A stretch of DNA of 63,878 nt, the filler included, from Phoronis australis (Eukaryota; Animalia; Phoronida): assembly GCA_002633005.1 (NCBI GenBank). It is 5 parts of 5 records of this genome, joined end to end, with 100 filler letters (N's around TTAATTAATTAA, not from the genome) between each part and the next. Parts side by side here need not be neighbours in the genome. Positions count along the whole stretch, not along the records: positions 1 to 27,110 come from NMRA01001321.1; positions 27,211 to 41,489 come from NMRA01001561.1; 3 more parts are not named here. The stretch is one strand, 5' to 3'. The notes below the pieces were generated by a model. That model did no database searches, was not told the DNA's origin, and saw only the letters and a list, made by a program, of their open reading frames with translations. Positions 25,953-38,790 of this stretch are shown here, piece after piece (the stretch's first letter is position 1; each line of letters opens with the position of its first letter). The translations under genes and the position numbers were made by a program.

Positions 25953-26854
25953 GTAAGTATCCTCCAAGAGATTCTATTATCATGGAATTGTCATTTTGTC
26001 TTTGTGTGAAAATCACATGTGTGTAGTTTTCTCTTAAAGCTGCAACCAACTCCCTCTCGTTCAAAAATCAAATTTCAATTTGTCGTGATCAAAATGGTCT
26101 CAACATGGTCCTTTGTCAGATTAGAGGTAATTTAGAGACTACTTGGAAAGAGGTCAAAGTTCACTGCTTTGCCAGGTCTAAAAAGTTGAATTGCCACGGC
26201 AATTGACCTATTGCAAGCTCCGCCCCCTTGCGAAATGTCAATAAAAAACAATACGTTTTACCCGGTAACGTGTTGTTTTTTTATAGTAAAATGGCAGCTT
26301 GGAAACGAAGGTCTGTCAAGAGTGCTGCGTTATAATATGTCATTTAAATCGTCATTCAAAATCCTGGCGATTGGTCAATTCACGTTTTGTGCGTTGACCG
26401 TAGTGTTAAGTAGAGATGAGCTGTCAGTTCTTATCCAGTACAGGAAACACTTCTCACTTGAACATGGAGGTACTTCATAACGCTAATTAAATAGTCTACT
26501 ATATCAGTAGATAATATTATGAATGGCGGATTCATAGCCTTCTGAGGGAGGGACTTGAAAGACATACACCACGGATTGACAAAGAAATCCACTTACCTTC
26601 AAATTTGATGTCTGCAAGTGATATTACACGGGTCCCACCTATCATCTGCTGAAACTCCTATGGACTCAGCCTCTCAGGTGAAAGTGAATACAAGTTATTT
26701 CGAATAAGCACATACCACATACTGACTGGTAAGCAGTATTCAAATCAAGAGGTAATACTGTGCGATCATTTGAAATAAAGCAGTAGAGAAACACCAACCT
26801 CAGCATTATTTATTGCTTAATTACAACCGTAACTGCACGTCTGTAATGTTTCAG

Positions 26855-26971
26855 GCACAGCGTCAGGATTTGACGATGTAGTTCCCAAAACTCCAACGGG
26901 GCTTCGCACGGAAGTAATTATTGAACACGTGAAGTTGCAAAATGGCAAGGAGTACTTTGTGACAGTTTCTG
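26855..26971 (+). CDS. Gene 1 last visible exon; gene truncated by contig end
   Basis: GTASGFDDVVPKT...LQNGKEYFVTVS; AG/GT; no stop reached. Confidence 0.85.
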
Positions 26972-27110
26972 GTAAGAACTATGAATCCTTGTCACAAACT
27001 CTTAACTAACAGCTCTTGCCCTCTCTTTAATCTGGACTTGCCGCTTTCCCGTTTCTATTAAATCAGTGAGTCTGTGATGAGTTTCTTGTTTATTTTGAGG
27101 TGGCCACTTA

Positions 27111-27210
27111 NNNNNNNNNNNNNNNNNNNNNNNNNNNNNNNNNNNNNNNNNNNNTTAATTAATTAANNNNNNNNNNNNNNNNNNNNNNNNNNNNNNNNNN
27201 NNNNNNNNNN
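27111..27210. other. Artificial contig linker
   Basis: 44 N + TTAATTAATTAA (stops in all frames) + 44 N. Confidence 0.97.
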
Positions 27211-27946
27211 GGACGCGCGTACTTTACCACTACACCAACACGACTTCACTAATAAGCAGAAACTAAGAGACCTACTTGTTTATGGTCCACAGCGTTTGCG
27301 CGCGAAACCTACTTCTTTTTGTAATGCTTATTACACGTTTTATATTTTGTGTAATCGGTTCTTAAAAAATTCGTTGTATCTAAAATAGTCTTCAAATGCC
27401 CAAAAGACCAAATCCGTTTTTCGTATTGGCAATAATGACGGGATTGCTTTGGAAATCGTCTTAAGTTAAGGTTTGACAAAGAGAGAATTAATGAGTTTCT
27501 GACTGATTCACTTAGGCTTCGATTAAAATTCACATCTTACCAGCAGCTTCTGTTTTTTCATCGTCACTCAGGTTCCATTTTCTTTAAAAAATGAAGTAAA
27601 TTTTCTTCATTGCACAGTGGAGCAGACGACGGAAACGGAGTCGTAGTGAGCAGCGCCACTGCCGGTCGCCTGGGATATCGCGGGAGAGCCTACACTCAGC
27701 CATAGTTCCGTTACGAATGCGCCGTGTTCCGAATTTGAAAGAATTTGACACTTGAAATTGGATTTGAGCCCCCCACCAACACTAAAACTGCACACATTTA
27801 AATCTTTTTTCATCCTTATAATTGTAATTACCGGGGTTAATTAATAAACTCAACATTTCCCTACGCTCTTACTGTTTTATTTTTTGCGGCAGCCAAGCGG
27901 GGGGGGAGGGGCAGGGCCCCCTGGGCCCCCCCTAAATCCACCTATG
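27211..27946 (-). mobile_element. Partial hAT-like MITE with internal tRNA-like cassette
   Basis: 27211-27600 is an inverted homologue of 46931-47305. 27853-27946 is homologous to 50818-50911. End reads CATAGGTGGATTTAG. Confidence 0.7.
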
Positions 27947-29554
27947 TAATAAGGCTTAGCGCGACGACGTATTTTGATAAAAATTGCATCTTTTACCAGT
28001 TGTGTACATGCAGACAGCCACGCATGCGCAATTCAATCACCACTTGTACAGCAGCGACACCACTTGGATTCTCCAAATAGCCCCATTAAATACCCTACTT
28101 CACTTCGCAATAGGTCTAACCAATCAGAAATAATAGGTCAAAGGTCATTGAGTGCAAACTAAAATTTTGAGCTAGAGACTTCAGAGTTACGTACCTGTTT
28201 ACTAACTGCGATTGAGTATGAATTCTAAATTTTCAGGTCATTTGGTGCACCCATGGGGTCATTGGGTGCATTTTTCTGCTGAAAGTTTGACCATTTCATT
28301 CATCTTGTATTCTGAAGTGCTTAAAGTAAAACATCTGTGATTATTAGCATTAACCACACTTTTAATCGAGTTAACAATTACTCCCTCATCGGGGCTCATA
28401 ATGCACCGGAAGAGGTCAATTAGTGGAAAGGTCATCAAAAAATTAATATGTAATTTCTCCTACAATTTTAAAAAATTCCTTTTCATATTGGTAAACGGGT
28501 TGCTGTCAGTAACTTCCCAAAATAATTCCAGTAATGCGCACGCGCAGAGTCCGTTATTGTCACGCCGTGACAATAATCTTTCTAGTTTAGATTTGCATTT
28601 CTTTGAAACAAAAAGTGCAGAAACTTTAAATCATGTAGCCATTTTTAAGTGAGTTGAATAACTAAGAGACCGTCACATTTAAACTCGTATTTGGTTTCCG
28701 AACTCACCTTTTTGGTTGTACTAGTAATTTAGTCTGTCCGACACATAAAATATATTCCAGTAATAGTTGCAATACAGTGAAAACAACACAACACAACTCC
28801 CTTTTTACCATTCTTTAATATTCTGTTCTCAAAGCGTATATTTATCCAGTACATATACTGACCTTGACCTTAACATGGTCTGCTTTAATGTAAGCTACCT
28901 GTACTCTACTTTAAGTGTACTCTACTTTAAGTGTACTCTACTTTTATGTCTTAGTACAGTAGTCTAAGGTTTTATATGTCACATTCCACAAAAATTTGAA
29001 ATGAAAAACATGAATTAAGCAACACTGACTTTCAGTTTTCAAGGAAATGATTATAGTAGGAAACATATGTTGTTCAAAGGCAGTCTACCTGAGGCAAGAA
29101 GTTCATTCAGTTTCACGTAAGATTCCATGAAACCATTTTCTTTCATTGTCTCTATGACTTGGGGAAGCAAGAAGCACAACTTGTCAAACTCTAATTCTTC
29201 ATTACTGGTAGTCTCAACTATTTTCAGATTTTCTTTGGCAAACTCACTATCATTGCTTGACTTCACTGGCGTGTTCGGTTTTTTTCAGGGCTCGACGCTA
29301 TTAAAATCGCCAGGTCGCATTTTGCGACCTAGCCAAAATCTCAGGTCGCATTTTCAAAATCCAGCTCGCATACGTAAATGCCAGGTCGCAAAATTTTCCC
29401 GCAATTTTTACGCGCCAAAATAGATTTTTTAGATCATTGAGAAAATGTTTAGATTATGCTCTTACCTGCAGCGTTAAATACTCACAAATTTTGGATCTCA
29501 AAATTGACTTCATTCATGCAGGTACGGCCTTACTATTCTTCACGACCGCCATTG

Positions 29555-29737
29555 AAAGACTCTAGAGCACAAGGCAAGTTGCCGACGTGAAAGTTGAATC
29601 AGTGCTCTGACTTGTGCATTCAAATAGCTAAATTTGCGATGTGAAAAAGACTCTAGAGCGCAAGGCAAGTTGCCGACGTGAAAGTTGAATCAGTGCTCTG
29701 ACTTGTGCATTCAAATAGCTAATTTGCAATGTGAAAA
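29555..29737. repeat. Tandem duplication, ~92 bp x2
   Basis: AAAGACTCTAGAGC...AATTTGC(G/A)ATGTGAAAA repeated; lies in a repeat beginning CAGGGCTCGAC at about 29287. Confidence 0.9.
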
Positions 29738-30093
29738 GAGAGAAAATACCCGTTGAAAAAGTATCCGGGATTTTGTTAGATCTGGCCTGCTACTGGCTGT
29801 CATCAAAGTCGTTAACGATTCAAACTAACTCGGGTAATGGCGAGTTTGCTCCTCATACCTTCCAAGTACGGGAAAAATAGGTCAGTCACAAAACGACACG
29901 AATGTCACAAGTGTTAACTTTCTTTCCGAGGTATAAAATAAAGCCGGGATTTGGTTTTTACATATTGTGAAAAGACGTTTCCGAAAACTGAAGTTGTGTA
30001 AAATGAAAGTGACACACCATATAAGCTGCGTGTCAATTTTAAACCACACAATAAAACGCGGTCGTTTGTAGTGCGCTATGATGGGCGCTAGCT

Positions 30094-30636
30094 TGAACTG
30101 TGGGCGCTTAATTGGAAATGTTCAAAATTTAAGGGGGGACTTTTAATAGATCAGTGAGCGCTTATTATGAAACACTTTAAATGTAGGGAGTAGGCTTGTG
30201 CGTGAGCATAGTCGTTAACCTCAGTGTTTGCGGTAATAAGATATTAAAACGCTGCAATGGTAAGAAACGTTATAATTATACGATTTTGCGAGGCAAACTC
30301 CACTAGTAGTAGGGCTTTCTGGATATCGTTACCACCTACATTGTACCCTTTTTAGCGACCCGGAATGATTTTGTTTTTAACTGCCCGCTTNTGAACTGTG
30401 GGCGCTTAATTGGAAATTCTCAAAATTTAAGGGGGGACTTTTAATAGATCAGTGAGCGCTTATTATGGAACACTTTAAAGGTAGGGAGTAGGCTTGTGCG
30501 TGAGCATAGTCATTAACCTCAGTGTTTGCGGTAATAAGATATTAAAACGCTGCAATGGTAAGAAAAGTTATAATAATACGATTTTGCGAGGCAAACTCCA
30601 TCTGGTAGGGGTGACTTTCTGGATATCGTTACCACC
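30094..30636. repeat. Near-identical duplication across single N (30094-30336 vs 30392-30636), probably uncollapsed haplotypes
   Basis: Direct copies with scattered substitutions, joined at N 30391. Confidence 0.8.
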
Positions 30637-33277
30637 CAGTGTTCTCCACGACCTGTTTCAACTCGACGCTGTAACAAGTTTGGATTTTGCTGCGTTGAGT
30701 TTGGAAAATGCGCGAGTTTGGAAAATGCGCGTCGAGTTTGAAAAGTGCTGTGTCAGGTTTGAACTTTTGGCCAGGCTTGGCATTTCAGCCCTCGACACTA
30801 AAGCAGGGCCTGATTAACCAACATCAAGCCCATTACAGAATGTTAGAGGCAGTCAACACTATATGTATAACTTTGTATGACACTACAAAAAGAGTTTAAA
30901 TCATCATTAATAAAATCTGCAAAAATCTTCAAATAAAGAGAAGAATGAAAAGATCGCTAACTTCAACCACAATTTCGCATCTAGTGCCAGATTAGTTGCA
31001 ATAGCTGGCTACGGGCATAGAATACAGGGTTTAGAGAACATCGACCTCGGGAAACATCGGAACAGGATAACGTTAGTTCTGGGTTATATCGGTCCCGGGA
31101 CATCGGTCTTTTATAACCGCTGGGAATCTGAGTTCATTTTCAAATAAACCAGAGCCAAGCCGGTATACTCTTTCATTTAGGACTGTCGCTGTTCTTTGAA
31201 GTGGTGCGCACGCGTGAGTTCACGCACTTGAATCGCTGGAGTAGGCCTACACTTTACGTTGGCAACAACGTGTGAAAGACCAATCATATTTCGCGCACGT
31301 AGCCCCAGAAACAAGTAAAGGGTTTGAGAATTTCTTGGNTTTAGGACACAAAGTGACCGTGGAAAATATCTAGAACCAAAATTACGCTTTTCCATTCTCA
31401 AGTTCTGTGACTTTGAAAGATATCTGGCTCTAAAATGATGCATTGTCCGAAATTGATGTTTTTTATAATTGAGCCTTCTCATAAGTAGGCTTAGCGCATG
31501 AATTTCTTCCTTTGCTCATCATGTTAGTGCCGGGTAATCCCCACGGTGATAAATTCGAAGAACTCAACTATCAGGGGTGGGCGTTCTGACGATCGGTGTT
31601 TAAAATTTATGAAGTCCTGTTGGGCGTTAACCTCAACTCCCAATGCATTTGAAGTTATACACCTGAGGTGTATTGTGGGTAACCCACGTTACACGCTATC
31701 TTCAATTAGATGCAGCGCCACCTACATCAATCCAACGTCCAAACTCCTTAGCAGTGGTGAACATAAAAGACTCCATTCATGATTATGTCACTTTTAAGTT
31801 GAAGGTAAATTTTACACTAAAATTCCGGATTTCCGTGGTAATATGTAGAACATAGCTGTTAACATAATGAGAATTCATGTGACACTTAACTGTGTTAGCT
31901 ATGTGTCATGTCATCCCATCATTACTATTGTATGGTGTGGTGTACAAATATTAAGTGTCAGATCAAATATCAGGAGTGGGAAACAATGGTGATGTCATAA
32001 AGTATGCATAAACATTTAATGATCTCGTTAAATACGTGTTCAAGTTAGGACAGAGCTTTTCGTATCTTAGAAGTGGCTGATCAAATTGGTATGTAATTTT
32101 CAAATAGTGTGCTTTACGCCATTAGGAATTGTTTTTAAAAGGTTCTACTTTTGCACGAGGGACTATAAAAATAGGACTTTTATGAAAAAATAAAAAATGC
32201 CTAAAATGAAAACAATGATGATTTAGAAAACCGTAACTGTGTTTTTTAGATTTTATCTTCAGCATTTGAATCAACTGAAAATAAGTTTTTGATACTAATG
32301 TACCTTTCTTTTTAACTTAAATATTAATTAAAAAGACCTGTTCATGTGACCCAGCTGATGGCATTTTTCAAGTAAACAGTAAAAAGTATAATTACACAGT
32401 TTTTCTACTTTCAGAAAACGTACTATTACTGAAATAAGTTATGCTATACACAGACTTGTGGTACTTGACGACATAACTTTTAGCTATTAATTACTAGTAT
32501 TAATCATAGGGTTCCGGTAAGATATAAAGTGCTTGCATTTTGAAAACCAGTTTTGTCCACTGAATAACATGCTTCAAACTGGTTCTCAAAATGAGGGCAC
32601 GCCACTCATTGTACACCTTGATGGTCCTTAGTGACGGAATTAAATATAAGACCATGTTCAATTATCTTTAGTTTTAGATTGTTTTCTTTCTCCAAAATTT
32701 GGACTCCTGTTCATTTGGGAACAAATAATGTTTGGTTATTATGCTAAAGTTTCACCAATTTAAGACAGTCATTTTGTTGCGAACAAGTGATTTTTTACAT
32801 TTTTTTTCAAAAAGATTTGTTTAGTGGCACCAAATAAGTGCTTTACTGTTTTTTAGTTCTACACCTTAGCTACTGTACTATCAGACAGTTCTTTGAGAAG
32901 CTGTGGGCTTTTACTAAAATGTTAAAAAGTCCTTTAAAAATAAAAAATATCAATTTTAGCAATTGTTTTGTTGGTGTATAAACTGATAGGCTCTTGTCGC
33001 AAAATAAAACCGAAAGAGCATTTTGTGTCCATGGTAACAGTTGATTGATTTCGCACATTGAATGATTTATTACTATTCAATTATTCCAGAGAGCAGTAAT
33101 TAAGTAAGCTGTCATTAATATAAGTTACGTAATGATGAAGTAATACCCAAGTCCTTAATAAAATGTCACATTTTTGTGACAAAATTTTGCAGAAATCTCA
33201 TTCATTGTATTCATTGAAACCAATGTTCTTAAACACAAGTTCCGTTTTGGAGAAGTAAATTTTTTTTCGTTCTGTAG

Positions 33278-33487
33278 GTGATCAAGTCAGCACGGAAACT
33301 TGAACTTGTGGTCCGCCATGTTGGCCGGGTGCCTGGATCCTCATTCGCTCACCAGACGTACTCATGGGTGGATCCTGAGGGCCGGTCTGTGTCTCCTCCC
33401 CCAGAGGTGGATTCTACGGGGCGGTATGAGCTGCATGGGCGGAGTAAGAGTGGATTGATGCTGCTGAAGGACAGTGACGAGCGCAAG
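33278..33487 (+). CDS. WHRN: Whirlin orthologue exon (end of PDZ1 and linker)
   Basis: GRVPG...TYSWVDPEGRSVSPP...DERK matches the whirlin PDZ1-PDZ2 linker as I know it; AG/GT. 5' exons are not in this contig. Confidence 0.92.
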
Positions 33488-34372
33488 GTGAGTGGAGGGG
33501 CGGAGCTTCTTGCCTTATAAGTGGATGTAAACCTGCCTTCCATTATATGTTGATCTAGACCAATTACTGTTTTGAAATTAGTTTCAAATTGTTCTTTAGA
33601 AAATTTAAATTAGACGTGATGCGAAAGCTTTGAAAGAAATTGCAGCTCGTTATAGCACCATGCTCTACAAGTTGGCTGGTCGTCGTGTGTCATTTTATCT
33701 ACTGAGCTGTCTGTTCTTCGCGAGCCCACAAATCATCTGAATAAGGAACAAGTTGAAACCATTCTAAGTCAAAAGTTCCGTTCTTGGACAGAATGCGTTG
33801 GTATAGCGATTAAAACAAATTTCAGTACTGCATCGCTGCGTTTCAAGATATTGAAATTTAAATTTGAGAATGCTTGCATTTGATTACAGAGTTTGGATGC
33901 TTTGGAGTTATGTAACAGAATCTGTTGGTTGAATAATGTGCCTGTGTTTTAGTCAATAGGTTTTGTCCAAGGCTGTAGTTTTGCATCATAGGACACAAAA
34001 AGGTACACTGAGGAGTGAACGTCATCTGGAATGCACATTTGCAGTTGGTTGCAAGAAATGTATCTTTGAAATGAAACCAAGAGAATTCGTCTGCTCTTAT
34101 TAAACTCAAAAGAGAGTTGAAAATAAATTAAAGTCCTTTGATTCGTTGAAAATAAAATTTTTTTATCTACAATATCTATTTTTCAATTTTTAGCTCAGTT
34201 TTATGGACCCGAAAGGATAAAAATTGACCCAAAATTTTTTGTGTGAAAGTTCAATAGAACCTTTATCTTGTAATTATGTTGTGAACACTCAGTAATGTGG
34301 ATGCCTTGCTGGAATATGGCTTAATGAATGCTATGACTTCTCAGGATAAATTGAGCTCTTTCTTGATTTTAG

Positions 34373-34498
34373 GTCAACTGTGTTGTTGATGAAGGTCGCA
34401 GCCTCGGTCTGATGATACGGGGTGGTACAGAGTTTGGTCTTGGTGTCTACATTACAGGAGTTGATGCCTATTCTGTTGCAGAGAATGCTGGTTTAAAG
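34373..34498 (+). CDS. WHRN: Whirlin exon (PDZ2 N-half)
   Basis: VNCVVDEGRSLGLMIRGGTEFGLGVYITGVDAYSVAENAGLK. Confidence 0.93.
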
Positions 34499-34994
34499 GT
34501 ACGTTCCTGAGGGTGTGAGGTCAGTGGTATGAAGGTTTGTAACTTGGTCTGATATGTTGCAATACTGCTGACTGGAAATTTGACACTGGACATGTGTTTC
34601 TAATAAACCTCGCCTTACCTGAAACCACAGGCTGTGTTTTGGTCCAGTCAAGTTACTGTTAATATCCTATAATGTTCAGGGAATTTCTTCTTTGTGGGGC
34701 CCTGTAGTGGTCAGGCACAAATTTGTTTGTTGTCCACTCGTTTGATTGCTGACAACCAGCTAGTTTAGACTTACTAAGTCTTCAGCAGCCAGTAACGATT
34801 TATTTGTTCCTCCTTGAAGTGTACAAATCACTTCTAAAGGTTAACTGAGACCATTTTTACAGTAAGTGCACTGTTTCAAAAGTTAACTCTTTTTAACATT
34901 TAATTGGAAGTCGCGCAGAGGTATGTGGATTGGAACTTAAAATGATGGCCATTACTGGTATACTGGTTTTGAGGCTGCCGTTTTACTTCATCAG

Positions 34995-35200
34995 GTGGGT
35001 GACCAGATACTGGACGTCAATGGCCAGAGCTTCCTGGACATCTCCCATGCTGAGGCTGTACGGGTGCTTAAGTCATCGCGTCACATGATGATGACGGTCA
35101 AGGATGTCGGGAGACTGCCATTTGCGCGCACGACATTTGACACAACAGAGTGGGTGGAGGGTCATAGTCTACCACGGCCGCAGAAGAATGCTGGGAAAAG
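34995..35200 (+). CDS. WHRN: Whirlin exon (PDZ2 C-half)
   Basis: VGDQILDVNGQSF...LKSSRHMMMTVKDVGRLPFARTTFDTTEWV. Confidence 0.93.
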
Positions 35201-35581
35201 GTGAGTTGTGGCCAGTGTGAGAATAATTTAAAGAAAGCGTTTGCCTCTTCTGAATCTTGTGGAATCCTTGTTTTTTTTCCATTTTTGATTGATTGCTACA
35301 ATGTTATTATTTTCTCAATCAGTACTTCAATGTTTCATCTAAAATTTGTGTTTTAACCAAAGTAGGAGGTCTTACTTAGGAGACGGATTAAAGTGTTTCC
35401 GTTCGTGTGTTTCAACTCAGTGTACTTGGAACCAAATTCAGAATGTTTGAGCTGGGTACAAGATATTCCCAGAGTAACATGTCTTTGCATTCTTGAACAA
35501 TAATCGTGGGAAAAAATAATTGGTGTTCTCTGTAACATTGCCAATCAACTACATTTTGATTCTTTTGACTTTCCATTTTAG

Positions 35582-35645
35582 CAACACATTACCAGCCAGC
35601 TATGGTTCACTGGATAGAACACAGATGAAGGCCAGACGTCCAGAA
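35582..35645 (+). CDS. WHRN: Whirlin small linker exon
   Basis: AG/GT; phase 2-0 bridges the flanking exons; NTLPASYGSLDRTQMKARRPE. Confidence 0.7.
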
Positions 35646-36545
35646 GTAAGAGGAGTAATACTGATAAAAGATATCGCCAAAAATTCACTCAATGCGCATC
35701 ATTCTCTTTGTCAAATTTAACAAGGTTTTAAATCCACATTGCGTACAACAATCAATTTTTGTGATTTAACCCACTTACAGTAACAGTTTTAAAATCAATC
35801 TCTACCCATTTCTTACTCAAATGAGAAGCGATTCCTAGGTTTGTAAAGAGCCACGACTGACAGTTTGCTTTTGTTTGAGATCCTGCTCGATTCGTAGTAT
35901 AATTCACCATGACAAGACTGTAGAGTCTGGTCACATGGGATAATGAAGCACCGGTTATTTGGAGGCTTTGACATCGTCTGAAATTTGACTAAGGAACAAT
36001 TTGAGAAATAGAAATTATTCAGAATATAAACTCTGACTGTTTAAGATAGGGATTTCACACTGTTATTAATAGTTGGAGCTTTCTAAACAATCTCGTTATT
36101 TAGTTTCTTTGAGGTTATGTCAAAAATTGTGAAGGAAATGAGAAGAAAGCCATATTGTAAAACATTTCAAAATTTGATGGATTTTTTTCTCTGTAATTCA
36201 ATGAATGTCAGACTGTATATCAGTGACCATAAGGATGTTTCATCTGTCGTCTTGTAAGTGTATTTTAGCTATAATTGAATCTTTATGAATATGAAATAAT
36301 TTTGTGTTATGTGTTTGTGTTTTCAAGTAAATAGTTTAAATACACATCTTCATTGTGTGGTCTAAAGCCCCGAAAATAAATCACTGAGCTTTCACTAACC
36401 TCTTATATTGTTTTTGTTGATAGTAAATGACCTTTGACTTGTGACCTGTGACTTAATTCAAATCCTCCCCTCCTAATGGCCTGTGTAACCTCAGGGTGCC
36501 AACTAATGCATCATGTGTTCAATATGATCCTTTCTCCCCTTCCAG

Positions 36546-36755
36546 TCCTCGTTCTTCAGGGGCGCAGGGTCCCAGTTGATGTTATCCAGCATGACCAGTC
36601 AGCCTCTGTCGATGATCGACGACCAGTCTCGCCAACTACTGAATGATTCCGAGCGAAGCACAATGAACTACTACGTTAGCGAATACCAGCAAAGTCATGT
36701 GTCTATAGACGCCTTAGTACTGGCGCTGTTTGAACTGCTTAACACACATGCAAAG
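36546..36755 (+). CDS. WHRN: Whirlin exon (harmonin-homology domain 2)
   Basis: FRGAGSQ...QLLNDSERSTMNYYVSEY...LVLALFELLNTHAK. Confidence 0.92.
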
Positions 36756-37721
36756 GTACGGCCTGGTACATGGTAAATAGGGTAAATTGCTCGAGTGTAG
36801 GATTGACCTCTGTGCATGCTTCTGATTTGCTACTGTAAGATGGAATACAATGAGATTATCTGTTAGAATTCTTATAGTAGTGCTTGTGATCCGACTGCGA
36901 TCATATGTGAAGAAATACCTGTATTCATCTCACGTGGCATCTGGTATTTCACAATAATGTACTCAACCTATTCACATGATGGCCCGTCCTTCACTAGCGC
37001 CACCTAGGACGTCCAATTTATTATATGGCTTTACTCGTACATAGTTTTCTAAATTCGTCAGTTGTTCAGATTCAGACGTTTTTGTCAGGGACTTTAAAAA
37101 GTATCGTTGGAACATTGTTTGGTCACAGTTTGTAGAAAATTCACCAAGATTTTAATGTTGGAAATTAAGTGAAATTTGACTAACTTTGTGTGGCAAATGG
37201 TTAGGAAAACTCATGCTTTTTAAAACAACAGAAATATGGCGCTGTTGTATGTCAGTACATGCTTCTAACGATTATTGATGGACTTTGAGTAATATAAAAC
37301 GATTTTGTCCTTGCCTAGGTTTTTATTGATTGATGTATTTAACATCGATTGAGCCTGAAATGTCAATACTTTACAATACAATGCAAAAACTAACGCAGTC
37401 CGGCAAACACACTGGAATAATGGGAGGGGTGCTAAATACGAAGAGCCTTTTATGGGATGTGGTGTAAAATTTTGCCAGTGTCTGATAAAAATAGTTACCA
37501 AACTGACCTGTTTTCATGTTTAAAAAGCTTCCGACATAGTTACGGTTGCCCACTATTTCTCAAAGCATTGTTTGATGGTAGCTATAGTACCCTGCTCATT
37601 TTAAAGCCTTTGTTTAGTGCTACTTATCTTTTAGAAAAACGTATCACTTGTCTATCTCATTACGTGCTAGATTTGTTAGATTGAATGTACAATTCTTTAA
37701 GCTTACATGTTCCCTTTTCAG

Positions 37722-37817
37722 TTCTCGTTGTTGAATGAGATTCGTGGAGTCATTATGCCTAAAGACTTGGACCGCTTTGATTCTTTGGTGCTGAAGAAGG
37801 AAGTTGAGTCCATGAAG
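37722..37817 (+). CDS. WHRN: Whirlin exon (HHD2 C-half)
   Basis: FSLLNEIRGVIMPKDLDRFDSLVLKKEVESMK. Confidence 0.92.
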
Positions 37818-38318
37818 GTAATTGAGGCAATGTGTCCCTGAGCCGTTTCCACAAGGCAGTAGTTTGAATTCTTATGGAATGAGTATAGGGAAATTGTCTC
37901 TGAGCACTGTCCTTTACAATATTGGTATGTGAATTATGAATGGAACACACTGCATAGCTTACTGTTTTAGCTTGGAATAAATTTTGATATTTTGTAACTA
38001 TGAGACCCTCTCATATAAGAATTATACACATAAAATCATAACATTTTTGTGATGTAGAGTATTTCCAAGCTGTGGTTTTCTTTGGATACTTAAGTGGGAA
38101 GTTAAACATTTATTAAAAAGAAAGTATTTGCTATTGTCTTATTTTAGCAAATTGCAATCTGAATGCAAGCACAGTTAATCGTAAAACTTAAGATTACGTT
38201 TGTCAATTGTTGTTACCAATAGCTATTTTTTATGTTTTTTATGCATTAGTTTTTCTTTCTGACAAAACTTACCTAGTTTCATTTTCTCTGAAACTTCTCC
38301 GTTGGCTCATTCTTCTAG

Positions 38319-38480
38319 GCTCGACGAAACGAACAGTTTCAACAGGACCGTCTGTCCCAACATTCCCTGGAGAGTTCCCTCTCCAGCGCCTACACCACAA
38401 GCTCCGTCCGAGAATCCGACGATGGTCATGTTATGCCAGTGCCTCTCAAAGTCCCCGAGAAACTTCCACCCAATGTCAAG
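38319..38480 (+). CDS. WHRN: Whirlin exon (Ser/Pro-rich region)
   Basis: AG/GT, phase 0-0; ARRNEQF...PEKLPPNVK. Confidence 0.75.
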
Positions 38481-38707
38481 GTCAGATCCACAGCAAAAAA
38501 ATGACATTTTACCAGTTTGATTCCAGGAGTATGATAATTTGGGTTATTTGTTATAATCCATGTCAGAACTCCAAGACCACTTACTTGATGTGCCAGAGAT
38601 GTTATAGACTGCATACCAGGGGTGGACATGATTCCATGGCTATGCCTCTGGTCCAGGACTGTAGTTTAGCCTTGGGTGTGGAGTTAGTCACTGGGTATAG
38701 ATTACTT

Positions 38708-38790
38708 TGTGTGTGTGTTTGCGTGTGTGTGTGTGTGTGCGTGCGCGTGCGCGTGTGTGTGCGTGCGCGTGCGCGTGTGTGTGCGTGTGC
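38708..38790. repeat. (GT)n/(GC)n microsatellite
   Basis: Directly visible. Confidence 0.9.
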
